Program-made: the position numbers and the translations under genes
From: Elusimicrobia bacterium GWA2_61_42
GTDB taxonomy: Bacteria > Elusimicrobiota > Elusimicrobia > Elusimicrobiales > UBA9959
NCBI GenBank assembly: GCA_001799615.1
Contig: MGTU01000009.1
Location: 576-64,575 of the forward strand
Length of the DNA: 64,000 nt
Direction: 5' to 3'
The notes under the pieces: generated by a model
The model's database searches: none
Told to the model about the DNA's origin: nothing
The model's input: the letters and a program-made list of their open reading frames with translations, nothing else
In this document: positions 37,801 through 45,705 of the stretch, piece after piece
Layout of the letters: each line of letters begins with the position of its first letter
Numbering within the stretch: position 1 is the stretch's first letter

Positions 37801-39824
37801 ATTTCTCCTTCGACATAACGGAAAAGCTGGGCGCCTTCGGCAACGCGCTGCTGACCATCACCATGGACGGCTTCGACCTGAAGAAAGGCACCTTCGACAA
37901 GAACGCCGGGATCAGCGTGGTGGGCGAGTTCCAGTCCACGCTGGTGCCGTGGATGAAGGCCGAAGTGAAGCGCGGCGTGGAAGAACTGCGGGATTCCGCC
38001 AAGGCCAAGTTCGAGGCCGACGGTAAAGCTTTGAACGAGGCGATGGACAAGGTCAACCAGCTCACCGCCAAGATCCAGAAACTCAAAGAAGAGGACCAGA
38101 AAGCCAAAGACCGGGCCAACGACGCCCTGGATTCCGCCAAGCGCCGCGTGGATTCTTTGTCCGACCAGCACGACCACGAGAACCACCAGGCCCACCATTG
38201 CGGTTCGCGCTGGACGCATTGGGCCTGTTCGCCCGGCTGGCGCATAGCCGCGGCTTCGACCTGGGTCATTTACGAAGTGGCCGAGAAATCCCTGGACGCC
38301 GCCAAGAAAGTGGTGGCGGCCGCCACCAACCTGGACCCCCGCGTAGCGGCCCTGATCGCCGAGCGCGACATCGAGCGCGCCGGGCTTTCCGTGGCACAGG
38401 CCGTGGTGAAGGTGGCCGAGGACGTGGAAGACTTCGTGATGAAAGAACTCGAGACCGTCCTGGAGAAAGCGATCTCCAGCATGCCGCTGGAAATAGACAA
38501 GACCTATATCGTGGGCGACCTGAAGGACATGGTCACCCACAACGACCCGCTGGTGCTGGATATGCAGTTCAAGCTGGCCGGCGCCCCGATGCACGAGTTC
38601 TTCGCGGTAAAGATCCCGATCAACGAGGAGAACGCCCAGTTCGACGCGGGCTCCTTCGCGCTGCTGCCGGCGCTGGCCATGGACAAGCTGACCGAGGACG
38701 CGCTGAGCAAGCTCTCGCCGTCGGCGGCCAAGTGGGTGCACTCCCACATCGCCACGCAGATCGCCGACTCCGAGGAGAAGGTGCGCGAGGCCGTGGAAGC
38801 CCAGGAGGAGAAGTACAAAGCCGTGCTGGCTTCCCTGGAGAACGGCACCGCGAAGTACAAGAAGGCCTTCGCGGAGCAGGCCGACGACCACCTGAAGCTG
38901 GTGGAGGGCATGGACGTCAGCGACCTGATGCCCAACAGCCTGCAGTACCAGAACACCTACCTCGCCATCGGGCACAGCAGTCTCTGCCTGGCCGTCTCCA
39001 AGGACGGCCTGAGCGTGGTGCAGCTGCCCTGCAAGGACGCGGACGTGCAGCAGTGGAGCACGGTGGCGCTGAAGGACGACGCCGCGGGCTACGTGGAGCT
39101 CAAGAACAAGGGGCTCTGCCTGAAGGCCCGCCAGGGCGACGAACGGGACGGCTTCGAGCCGCTGATCCTGGCCCAGTGCGACTCGGACGACCTGCATGAG
39201 CAGTGGAAGATAATCTCGGCGGACGGGTTCTACGAGGAGATCGTCAACCGCGCTTCGCAGAAATGCCTGCACTTCGACAAAGAGGACGCCAACCCGGAGT
39301 CGGCTTTCGCCAAGTGGACCAGCTGCCTGGGCACCGACTCCCAGACCTTCCGGGACATCTCCGACGCGGAGAAGCCCACCTGGCACAAGGTGGAGTCCAT
39401 GGTGAGGGCGGCCAACGGCCTGTGCCTGGACGTGGTGGAACAGGCGGAGAACGCGCTGCAGATCACGCCGGACAAAAAAGAGATAAAACTCTACGCGCAT
39501 AAATGCGGCGAAGGCAGCGAGAAGTTCAACTACATCGAAGAGGTGGACGGCGACATCCGGCTGGTGCATACCGAGACCGGCGCCTGCGTCTACCCGCAGG
39601 AAAAGAGCACCACCCTGGCGCTCAGGGCCTGCGACCGCGGCGAAGACATGTTCTGGCGGATCAACGCCAAGTCGGCCAACGCCGACCAGTTCTTCATCGA
39701 GCCCAGGAACGCCTGCATGACGCTGCCCGCGCCGCCCAAGGGATCCACGCAGGACCTGGAAGCGGGCATCGCGGACTGCAACATCGTACCCAACGACAGC
39801 ACCTTACTGGAACTTACAAAATGA
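31809..39824 (+). CDS. Giant secreted repeat protein (2,671 aa): signal peptide, about 17 novel ~59-aa repeats, central beta-rich region, coiled coil, C-terminal ricin-type beta-trefoil lectin domains
   Basis: The signal peptide is MRNFLAISVSFLFLLLPFPQDVSA-Q. The repeat consensus is L-K-L-A-D-F-I-P-E-A..L..F.F.S......V.G.VNGK.V.V. The coiled coil is KALNEAMDKVNQLTAKIQKLKEEDQKAKDRANDALDSAKRRV. The C-terminus (about 38950..39821) has CL...QQW / CL...EQW / ...KW and a second CLDV...FW module, as in (QxW)3 lectins. Confidence 0.9.
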   Translation: MRNFLAISVSFLFLLLPFPQDVSAQTDSPDPFSKFKNRVKADRQMTGGADQWKALSAKLAADPLFAALGLDKLVYDKGNQLTYDFDLSLGGEELDLKGTLTFDPQAADGAPAASLTSKAESRTSDDLVDIGALHATSASLDVVVYKEAGAYKVYARVIPYFTNYNKPPLPGLMLTKTKAGLDFLVIGGNLALRDILPYAGQLPLYKQFAFESLAKNGTELKIKGFVNGREISVTADTAQNTLRLTGQGLVLADFYPEASAFTYLSNFAFESYYQSPAAGMAVGGTVNGRKVTVARGGDKTSFVVTAAGLKLADFVPAAAQVPVLANFSFTGLIWAPGSLTVNGTIGGKSAAVVSDSAGQTLTVTGDALKLQDFLPEAAALPVLAAFDFLRLEQAPAGFSVLGHINGGEVTVTKGAAPKTYTVTSTGLKLADFIPTASKVRFLDAFEFVSAGRSPTATQVTGRVSGKNVTVESGPAGAFTLTGEGLTLSDLVPEASSLASLNNFVFEKYDYAAGNTTVSGKVRGKALLVKKSAGDKALLISGEDLKLADFVAEASQLTYLDTFALDTVKCSPDEFIVNGKVNAKAVTIDDHTTSNIFTVTGEALKLADFIPDAKNLTYLNTFAFDSLTHTADGIAVAGRVNGKGVTVSHTLADKTFTVKGDNLKLADFIPAAVKISYLNGFTFLELDYSETEIKVAGTVNAKNIAVVQDLATKMFTLTGSALQLTDFVPAARNLPYLQKFDLNRVQQRPNGALVNGDIDGKALSVDADLDANTFKITGADLLLKDFVPQVSGWSYLNNFKFDSLLSTLTDVTVTGKVGDKAVYVKKTLNSPNFMVTGDDLTLVDFIPEAAEVPCVSAFALDSVQRSDTDASIAGKVDGKPVGITTTFADNSIKMTGLGLSLPACVPFSLNLPALKWFTFGSLFHWPDRIEVNGTIDGKAVKLVWVFSPKVITATGDSLKLADFIPETARIPLLNSFAFLSMEYTDTTLTVSGTVRSKNVAAVRDNAAKSIKVTGDDLKLADFVPEAADVPFLKAFAFDSLAYTPDSIVVEGKLSAKKVSVTRAFGPATAFTATGEGLTLKDIVPEAGGIKAFDALALNLVSVSPEAVQVAGTLNGKAVKFVRTRNDKPVTTVTADGMVLADIYAPLAGLPAVNAVAVDKISLDGTSVEAEAKLNGVKVDVIAHANQNNDGGYVSVFFDTLSAATFIPAAQGHLVNDLFLEKALFLVQPAGSPARAVTAADLPGDLPKLVAWPANTSMNLSEGVNFAATIATAKSGKLADAFKTVGLPPVSVFVKGTVSQNTFKGMTPGGALAEADKQVMLAGLDLSIDLPLPTLPAIAGMVTVKGPVTLNIGGDARNKSSLWARVPAAIAASKPKGDLDVSVQFQVDIVGAGIGEKLDALVSLDKGASGGLTLLALYEGAWKQPFGIQGLTLADGGFEFALDGKDAQAKSSLGFFATALIGGKNVAVTAELKRADGKISLDYFELDGKFRLADFPGGKNIPSGEKFELDQLKLSVNGIEAKTVIGGNKVNAYMFNAGAAATPNWVFAINQKNFKITELLPAAKAIKPLAAMTIPNAALILSEKGLKNADRNSLGVIARDMFDGILGKSNAPVTLPDGIGLLAEFDPNAMGIVGKGLNAIGVHDDAIIMGAVTGVFQGQAGVMLSLSMESAGAAKGLPGKIMTFKPGVPPAYFIQWAGADLYAGLSTAMQVKAGKETIDFATKLELQFGEAGAGVKILGEKTGPWKQPFGIKGLTLNNLKMDVAITPVGEVQFGLAGAGVKILGEKTGPWKQPFGIKGLTLNNLKMDVAITPVGEVQFGLAGDQLYGNCHDLKSKDCVDVDLAMSVKVPLEAGLPDGVAFAGKVNPLSIPALMEITETLMGVPAGSIAKLPVPYFEIDNAQLAFATPGASDPQLGLVSEGFAFAGNFFFMNKNLGKVTGAGGPGGLRIKGAIGDIDLEVLKFTDNTIDISVNQVPKYVINANVTLLGAPQKVAIDIEPPHFSFDITEKLGAFGNALLTITMDGFDLKKGTFDKNAGISVVGEFQSTLVPWMKAEVKRGVEELRDSAKAKFEADGKALNEAMDKVNQLTAKIQKLKEEDQKAKDRANDALDSAKRRVDSLSDQHDHENHQAHHCGSRWTHWACSPGWRIAAASTWVIYEVAEKSLDAAKKVVAAATNLDPRVAALIAERDIERAGLSVAQAVVKVAEDVEDFVMKELETVLEKAISSMPLEIDKTYIVGDLKDMVTHNDPLVLDMQFKLAGAPMHEFFAVKIPINEENAQFDAGSFALLPALAMDKLTEDALSKLSPSAAKWVHSHIATQIADSEEKVREAVEAQEEKYKAVLASLENGTAKYKKAFAEQADDHLKLVEGMDVSDLMPNSLQYQNTYLAIGHSSLCLAVSKDGLSVVQLPCKDADVQQWSTVALKDDAAGYVELKNKGLCLKARQGDERDGFEPLILAQCDSDDLHEQWKIISADGFYEEIVNRASQKCLHFDKEDANPESAFAKWTSCLGTDSQTFRDISDAEKPTWHKVESMVRAANGLCLDVVEQAENALQITPDKKEIKLYAHKCGEGSEKFNYIEEVDGDIRLVHTETGACVYPQEKSTTLALRACDRGEDMFWRINAKSANADQFFIEPRNACMTLPAPPKGSTQDLEAGIADCNIVPNDSTLLELTK
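32376..35360 (+). repeat. Array of about 17 degenerate tandem coding repeats (~177 nt / ~59 aa each) in the giant gene
   Basis: Each unit starts with L[KTQLV]L[AKSTQ]D[FIL][VIY]P and ends ...T[VLA]TG. Seventeen units were counted by eye, from LALRDILPYAG to MVLADIYAPLA. Confidence 0.8.
36993..37262 (+). repeat. Perfect 2 x 135-bp in-frame tandem duplication (45 aa: AGAGVKILGEKTGPWKQPFGIKGLTLNNLKMDVAITPVGEVQFGL)
   Basis: The sequence gccggcgccggggtaaagatcctgggcgag...gaggtgcagttcggcctg occurs twice back to back, with no mismatch that I can see. Confidence 0.85.
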
Positions 39825-41752
39825 AAAAAATAACCACCTCGCTCCTCAGCCTGCTGCTTCTCGCCCCCGCGTTCAGCGGCTGCGCGTCCACGGCTCAAAC
39901 GGCCCGGCGCGTGCCCCTGAACCCCTCGGTAGACCGGATGCTGGACGACGTCGCCCGCAGCCCCTCGAGCAGCAAGATCAGCGCGTCCATCCGGGACGGG
40001 ATCAAGCAGCTCCGCAAGGGCCGCTACGCGGAGGCCGGCAAGAGCTTCGCGGCCGGTCTGAGGGTAGACCCGGTGAGCGGGAATTTGCACTTCCTGAACG
40101 CCCTGGCCTATCACCTCAGCTCGCTGTCGGGCGACCAGGCTATGCTGGACCTGGCCGAGTCGGGCTACGCTACGGCGCTGCGCTTCGACCCGGATAATTA
40201 CTGGGCCTCCTATTTCCTGGGCCACGTCTACTTCACCCAGAAGCGCTACAAGGACGCGCAGAACCAGTTCTCCTACGCGCTGCTCTATGTCCCCGAGGAC
40301 GCGGAATTCCTGAGAGCGCTGGCCACGGCTTCCTATTACGAACAGAGCCTGGACACGGCGAGCTGGGCCGCGGAGAAAGCGGCGGCCCGCGAGCCGCTGA
40401 ACCCTTCGGGCTGGCGCCTGGTAACGCTGACCAGGGCCGCCAAAGGGGACTTTAAAGGGGCAGAAGAGGGGTTCCTGAAGTACCAGGCGCTTACCGGGAT
40501 GAAGGCCGACAAAAAGAATAGCGGCGCGGTCCAGGAATGGACCACCTCCTACCTGAGGAACCGTGTCGACGACTGGAAGGCTTTTCACCGGCAGCACCCC
40601 GCCCTGGTCCAGGCGGCCGGCCCCGGCGTCTTCAAGGCCCCGGTCCAGGCGGAAGGCAAGCCGCTGGACGTGGCCGGCCAGGACGACAACTACGACGACA
40701 GCAACGACGCCTCAATGCAGGGGGTCCCGCCCGGGCCCGCGCCCGCGCCTTTCAGCCCCGCCACCAAGCTGGACGAAGCCGAGCCCAAGATGACCCTGGT
40801 GGACGTGGTGCTGCTCAGCACCGAAGAGAGCCGCACCCAGTCCAAAGGCGTCAACCTGCTGGCCGGCCTGAAGGCCACGCTGACCGGAACTTTGTACGCG
40901 TACAAATATATCAACGCGCGCGGCTCGGGCGGCACGTCGGGCCGTTCCACCACGGTGGCGCCGACCTTCGCCCTGAGCAACATGACGTACAACCTGAACA
41001 TCTGGAACGACGGCGTGAACAAGGCCGAAGTGCTGGCCCGGCCTTCGCTGCTGGCCGTGGAGAACCAGACATCCCAGTTCTACTCGGGCGCCGTGCTGCA
41101 CGTGCAGCTCAACAGCAACAATTCCGACGGGTCGCTGGTGGACGTGCCGGTGGGCATCAACCTGTCGGTCACGCCCACCTTCGTGGACAATGAGACCATC
41201 AAGCTCAAGGTGCATGCCGACCGCAGCTTTATCGAATCCAAGAGCGAGAAGCTGGGCTTCGACACTTTCTCCCAGACTTCCAAGACTTCCGTGGACGCCA
41301 CGGCCATCATGAAGTTCGGCGAGACGCTGATCCTGAGCGGCCTGTCCGAGAACGAGACGACCAAGTCCAAGAGCGGCGTGCCGTTCCTGCAGAGCATCCC
41401 CATCATCCAGTCGCTCTTCTCCAACAAGACCGAGCACGAGATGAAGAAGTCGGTGATGATCCTGATCTGCCCGCAGAAAGCCCACCGCGCCGCCGAGCAT
41501 ATGACGCCCGCCGAGGCGAAAGAGATGCGTAAGGCGCTGCTCAAGGGGCCGGCGGCGGTGGCGCACCTGAAGGCGCTGAAGGCCAAGGAAGGCCTGGACA
41601 CCAAGGACAACCTGGACGCGGTTTACGAGGAGATCTACAAGGGCAAATATTACAAGGAATTCCAGAGCGGCGACCTGCGCCTGGACGAATGGCATAACTC
41701 CGACAGCATGATCGGCTCGATCAAGCGCGTGCTCGGTTTCCTCTGGTATTAA
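39821..41752 (+). CDS. Outer-membrane lipoprotein with N-terminal TPR region and C-terminal secretin domain (liposecretin)
   Basis: ATG 39821 overlaps the giant-gene stop (ATGA). The lipobox is MKKITTSLLSLLLLAPAFSGC. TPR-like helices span about aa 60-230. The secretin core is GINLSVTPTFVDNETIKLKVHAD...GETLILSGLSENETTKSKSGVPFLQSIPIIQSLFSNKTEHEMKKSVMILICPQ. The ORF-track N-terminal extension (from 39503) lies inside the giant gene and was rejected. Confidence 0.8.
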   Translation: MKKITTSLLSLLLLAPAFSGCASTAQTARRVPLNPSVDRMLDDVARSPSSSKISASIRDGIKQLRKGRYAEAGKSFAAGLRVDPVSGNLHFLNALAYHLSSLSGDQAMLDLAESGYATALRFDPDNYWASYFLGHVYFTQKRYKDAQNQFSYALLYVPEDAEFLRALATASYYEQSLDTASWAAEKAAAREPLNPSGWRLVTLTRAAKGDFKGAEEGFLKYQALTGMKADKKNSGAVQEWTTSYLRNRVDDWKAFHRQHPALVQAAGPGVFKAPVQAEGKPLDVAGQDDNYDDSNDASMQGVPPGPAPAPFSPATKLDEAEPKMTLVDVVLLSTEESRTQSKGVNLLAGLKATLTGTLYAYKYINARGSGGTSGRSTTVAPTFALSNMTYNLNIWNDGVNKAEVLARPSLLAVENQTSQFYSGAVLHVQLNSNNSDGSLVDVPVGINLSVTPTFVDNETIKLKVHADRSFIESKSEKLGFDTFSQTSKTSVDATAIMKFGETLILSGLSENETTKSKSGVPFLQSIPIIQSLFSNKTEHEMKKSVMILICPQKAHRAAEHMTPAEAKEMRKALLKGPAAVAHLKALKAKEGLDTKDNLDAVYEEIYKGKYYKEFQSGDLRLDEWHNSDSMIGSIKRVLGFLWY

Positions 41753-41753
41753 G

Positions 41754-42554
41754 ATGAAAGACCACGCTCTCCTTCTACTGCTGGCGGCGGGGCTCGCCCT
41801 GCCCGCGCGGGCCGTAGCGGCCGACGCGCCGACCTTGCAGGAGGCTTTTGTGCGGGCGGCTGCCGGGGTGAAGCCCGCGGTGGCGGCGATCACCGCCGGC
41901 CGCGGGGCGGACGCCGGTTCCCCGCTGGAACGCGAGCCCGAAGAGATGGTGGAACAGTACTTTTTCCCGACGGCGCCGCACCGGGCCGGCAGGCCCGAAC
42001 TGCATACCGGGCGGCAAGTGCCCAACACCGGCTCGGGCGTGGTGGTGGATCCGGCCGGCTATCTCCTGACCAGCGCGCACGTGGTGAGCGGGGCGGAGGT
42101 CATCACCGTGACCTTCGCGGGCGAGACGGGGAAAAGCTACAGCGGCAGCGTGATAAGCGAGGACGCCGCCGCCGACCTGGCCCTGGTCAAGATCGAGGGG
42201 AAGAAGGGGCTGGTGGCAGCGAAGCTCGGCGACTCCAACGGGCTGCGCGCCGGGGAATGGGCCATAGCGGTGGGCAGCCCGGCCGGGTTGGCCCAATCCG
42301 TAAGCGTGGGCGTGATCTCGGCCCCCGGCCAGAAGCTCCCGGTAAGCAAGGACACCTGGCTGGAGGTGATCCAGACGGACGCGGCCATCAACCCGGGCAA
42401 TTCCGGCGGCCCGCTGCTGAATCTCCGCGGCGAGGTCATAGGGATAAATACGGCCAGCTATTCCCCGGCCGGGGAATTCGCCGGCATAGGCTTCGCCATC
42501 CCCATAAACCGCGCCAAGGGACTGCTTTCAGTCCTCCGCAAGGCCTCTCGCTGA
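41754..42554 (+). CDS. Secreted trypsin-like serine protease (S1C/HtrA-like catalytic domain, no PDZ)
   Basis: The signal peptide is MKDHALLLLLAAGLALPARAVA. The catalytic triad context is LLTSAHVV, DLALVKI and NPGNSGGPLLN. It starts 1 nt after the secretin stop. Confidence 0.85.
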   Translation: MKDHALLLLLAAGLALPARAVAADAPTLQEAFVRAAAGVKPAVAAITAGRGADAGSPLEREPEEMVEQYFFPTAPHRAGRPELHTGRQVPNTGSGVVVDPAGYLLTSAHVVSGAEVITVTFAGETGKSYSGSVISEDAAADLALVKIEGKKGLVAAKLGDSNGLRAGEWAIAVGSPAGLAQSVSVGVISAPGQKLPVSKDTWLEVIQTDAAINPGNSGGPLLNLRGEVIGINTASYSPAGEFAGIGFAIPINRAKGLLSVLRKASR

Positions 42555-42578
42555 CCGCGCGCTTTTGCGGTTTATTAA

Positions 42579-42614
42579 GGCCCGGCAGGCTGAAACCTGC
42601 CGGGCCTTTTCTTT
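42579..42614 (+). terminator. Intrinsic terminator of the giant-protein/secretin/protease operon
   Basis: The stem ggcccggcagg-ctgaaa-cctgccgggcc is followed by TTTTCTTT. Confidence 0.8.
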
Positions 42615-42686
42615 GCCGGCTTGCCGGCGGGGCAAAATTGTATAATTATTAACTGATTTAAGGTAAGGATCAAGGACGTTTTAGCC

Positions 42687-45335
42687 ATGAAAAGCCACCA
42701 GATACGCAAAAGTTTTTTGGATTTTTTCGCCAAACAGGGCCACCCCGTGGTCAAATCCAGCCCGCTGATCCCCGAAGGCGACCCCACGCTGCTGTTCACC
42801 TCGGCCGGCATGGTGCAATTCAAACCCTACTACCTCGGCCTCAAGACCGACATGAAGCGCGCGGTCTCCTGCCAGAAAAGTTTCCGCACCACGGATATAG
42901 ATAACGTCGGCAAGACCATCCGCCACATGACCTTCTTCGAGATGCTGGGGAACTTCTCCTTCGGCGACTATTTCAAGAAAGAATCCATAGCCTGGGGCTG
43001 GGAATTCCTGACCAAGGACATGGGGCTGGACCCCAAGCGCCTGTACCCGTCCATCTACAAAGGCGGCGTGGCCCCGCGCGACGCCGAGGCCCGCGAGATC
43101 TGGGAAAAGATCCTGCCCGCGGAGCTGCATTCCCATATCCTGGAGCTGGGGGACAAGGATAATTTCTGGGCCATGGGCGACACCGGCCCTTCCGGCCCCT
43201 GCTCGGAGATCTACTGGGACCGTGGCCCGCAATATGACCACAAGGGCTGCGAGGGTCCGGGCTTCTGCTCCTGCGACCGCTATATCGAGATCTGGAACCA
43301 CGTCTTCACCCAGTTCGACAAGCAGCCCGGCGGCGTTTACGCCCCGCTGCCCAAGAAGAACATAGACACCGGCATGGGGCTGGAGCGCCTGACCTTCATC
43401 GTCGAGGGCAAAGAGTCCCCGTTCGAGACCTCGCTGTTCTACCCGATAATAGAAAGCGCCCAGGGCCTGTTCAAGGCGGAGTACCAGGCTTCTCCAGAGA
43501 ACGTTTCGGCCTACCGCATCATAGCCGAACATCTGCGCGCCTCGTCGTTCCTGATTTCCGAGGGCATCATTCCCTCCAACGAAGGCCGCGGCTACGTACT
43601 GCGCCGCCTTATCCGCCGCGCCAGCCGCTACGGCCGCATGCTGGGCGCCAGGGACCCCTTCCTGCACAAGCTTACCCCGGCCGTGTTCTCTATATTCAAG
43701 GGCGTCTACCCCGAAGTGGAAGCCGCCGCCAAGCAGATAGGCGAGGCGCTGCGCTTCGAGGAGCAGGGGTTCATAGAGACCCTGGAGACCGGAGAGAAGT
43801 TCCTGTCCGACCTGCTGGTGAAACATCCCAAGGGGATACCCGGCGCCGAGATCTTCAGCCTTTACGAGACCTACGGCTTCCCGTTCGAGCTGACCCGCGA
43901 GCTGGCCGAGAAGAAAGGCGTGCCGGTGGACGAGCAGGGCTTCCACGAAGCCCGCAAGGCCGCGCAGAGCGTGGCCAAGGCCGGCTGGAAGGATTCCGGA
44001 GAGAAGAACGCTTTCATTTTCCAGACCGCCGAGGAGAAACTGCCCGCCACCGTGTTCAGGGGCTACGAAGTTACCGAGACCGAGGCCTCAGTGATCGCCC
44101 TGCTCGACGAGAAAGGGCACATGGCGGAGAAACTGCCCGCCGGCGCCGAGGGGTACGCCGTGCTGGACGTTACCCCTTTCTACGCCCAGTCGGGCGGCCA
44201 GGCCGGCGACACCGGCTCCCTGGTCTTCGAAGGCGCCGAACTCGCCTCCGTGACCGACACGCAGAAGCCGGTGGAGAAGGTCTATTTCCACGCTATCCGC
44301 GCCCACGCCGGGCTTAAGACCGGCATGAAGGTCTCGGCCCGCGTTTCCGGGGACAGGTACCGCACGGCCTGCAACCATACCGCCACCCACGTGATCAACG
44401 CCGCGCTCAAGCAGGTGTTCGGCGACACCACCCGCCAGGCCGGCTCCGAAGTGGACCCGGTCCGGTTCCGCTTCGACTATACGGTCTCCAAAACTCCCAC
44501 CAAGGAAGAGCTCGCCCGCATAGAGGACATCGCCAACGCCGCCGTGCGCGAGGATTACCTCGTCTCCAAGGCCGAGCGCCCGCTGGCCGACGCCGCCAAG
44601 TTCGGCGCCACCACGCTGCTGGGCGAGAAGTACCGGGACCCGGCGCGCTTCATCCTGATAAACCGCGGCGGTTTCGAGACGGCCAGGGACCGCTACAGCC
44701 TGGAACTCTGCGGCGGCACGCACATAGACCGCACCGGAGAACTGCTGGTGATAAAAATACTCAAGGATTCCTCCGTCTCGCGCGGCGTGCGCCGCATAGA
44801 GGGCGTGGCCGGCCCGGCCGCGGTTTTCTACCTCTCCGGCCTGGCCCGGGTGGCGGAGACGCTGGCTGCCCGCCTGTCGGTACCGCCGTCCGAACTGCCG
44901 GCGCGCGTGGACCAGTTGCTGCAGAACCTGAAAGAACTCAAAGCCGGCAAAGGCAAAGCGGCGCCCGCCGCGGCGTCCAAAGAAGGCCGCAAAATGCTGG
45001 CGGAGGGCATCGACGGTTCCGGCTCGAGCTTCATGGTCTATGACGCCGGCGCCCTGGAGATGAAAGAGCTGCGCGGCATCTCCGACGAGATAAAGAAGGA
45101 CCTGAAATCCACGCTGCTTTTCATCTATTCCCGCGCCGCCGGCAAATTCTCTTTTATCATCACCCACACCGGCGACGTCAAGGCCGACGCCTCCGCCATA
45201 GCCAAAGTCGTGGCGGACGTCATAAGCGGCTCCGGCGGCGGCCGCAAAGACTTCGCGCAGGGCGGCGGGGAGATCCCTGCCGACCTCGCTGCTTTTGAAG
45301 CCCAGCTGCTGGAAATAGCCAAAAAGCACGTGTAG
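42687..45335 (+). CDS. alaS: Alanine--tRNA ligase
   Basis: 882 aa. Contains FTSAGMVQFKPYYLG, FEMLGNFSFGDYFK, GMGLERL and HTATHVINAALK. Confidence 0.95.
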   Translation: MKSHQIRKSFLDFFAKQGHPVVKSSPLIPEGDPTLLFTSAGMVQFKPYYLGLKTDMKRAVSCQKSFRTTDIDNVGKTIRHMTFFEMLGNFSFGDYFKKESIAWGWEFLTKDMGLDPKRLYPSIYKGGVAPRDAEAREIWEKILPAELHSHILELGDKDNFWAMGDTGPSGPCSEIYWDRGPQYDHKGCEGPGFCSCDRYIEIWNHVFTQFDKQPGGVYAPLPKKNIDTGMGLERLTFIVEGKESPFETSLFYPIIESAQGLFKAEYQASPENVSAYRIIAEHLRASSFLISEGIIPSNEGRGYVLRRLIRRASRYGRMLGARDPFLHKLTPAVFSIFKGVYPEVEAAAKQIGEALRFEEQGFIETLETGEKFLSDLLVKHPKGIPGAEIFSLYETYGFPFELTRELAEKKGVPVDEQGFHEARKAAQSVAKAGWKDSGEKNAFIFQTAEEKLPATVFRGYEVTETEASVIALLDEKGHMAEKLPAGAEGYAVLDVTPFYAQSGGQAGDTGSLVFEGAELASVTDTQKPVEKVYFHAIRAHAGLKTGMKVSARVSGDRYRTACNHTATHVINAALKQVFGDTTRQAGSEVDPVRFRFDYTVSKTPTKEELARIEDIANAAVREDYLVSKAERPLADAAKFGATTLLGEKYRDPARFILINRGGFETARDRYSLELCGGTHIDRTGELLVIKILKDSSVSRGVRRIEGVAGPAAVFYLSGLARVAETLAARLSVPPSELPARVDQLLQNLKELKAGKGKAAPAAASKEGRKMLAEGIDGSGSSFMVYDAGALEMKELRGISDEIKKDLKSTLLFIYSRAAGKFSFIITHTGDVKADASAIAKVVADVISGSGGGRKDFAQGGGEIPADLAAFEAQLLEIAKKHV

Positions 45336-45395
45336 CCCTTTTATCTAAAGGGTATAATGTATTTCGCGGTGTAAAAGCGGTCTTGTTCTCTTAAC

Positions 45396-45467
45396 GCGCC
45401 CGTGGTGAAATGGATATCACAGGAGCCTCCGAAGCTTCTAGTGCAGGTTCGATTCCTGCCGGGCGCA
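45396..45467 (+). tRNA. tRNA-Arg (anticodon CCG)
   Basis: Hand-folded cloverleaf: acceptor GCGCCCG/CGGGCGC, D-stem GTGA/TCAC, anticodon stem GGAGC/GCTTC with loop CT-CCG-AA, T-arm GCAGG-TTCGATT-CCTGC, discriminator A. No encoded CCA. Confidence 0.85.
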
Positions 45468-45705
45468 TATAATTTCGGGCAATGCGCCCGGAGCACGCCA
45501 TAATCATGGCGTGCGTCAGGAATCGAAAGCCGGAGCCGCGAGGCCACCAGGCCGCAGCGGCGAGGCGGGGTCGCAAGCTGAGGGCCGCGACGGCGGCCCG
45601 AAGACTTGTGACCGTCTGCCGGACTAAGCGCAGTGTTCCTTATCCGGCGGATGAAGCGCAGCGACCTAATCCGCCGGCTATGTTTCCCCGCTCATCTCTC
45701 TCTAA

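Noticed and set aside
31875-39569. Very long minus-strand ORFs 31875..34577 (900 aa) and 36036..39569 (1177 aa), plus other internal ORFs
   Set aside because: They are antisense to the 2,671-aa gene, which has a signal peptide, periodic repeats and lectin motifs. The antisense translations are His/Gly/Arg/Val low-complexity sequence with no start context.
45468-45705. A 238-nt GC-rich intergenic region after tRNA-Arg with several hairpins (cacgccat-aatc-atggcgtg; gggccgc-gacg-gcggccc; ccggcggat...atccgccgg). I considered SRP RNA, an integration att site or an sRNA.
   Set aside because: I found no conserved SRP motifs. There is no integrase or direct repeat of the tRNA 3' end that would mark an island, and no clear promoter/terminator pair. 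It is most simply the 5' UTR or promoter region of the AAA+ gene. An Rfam scan is still worthwhile.
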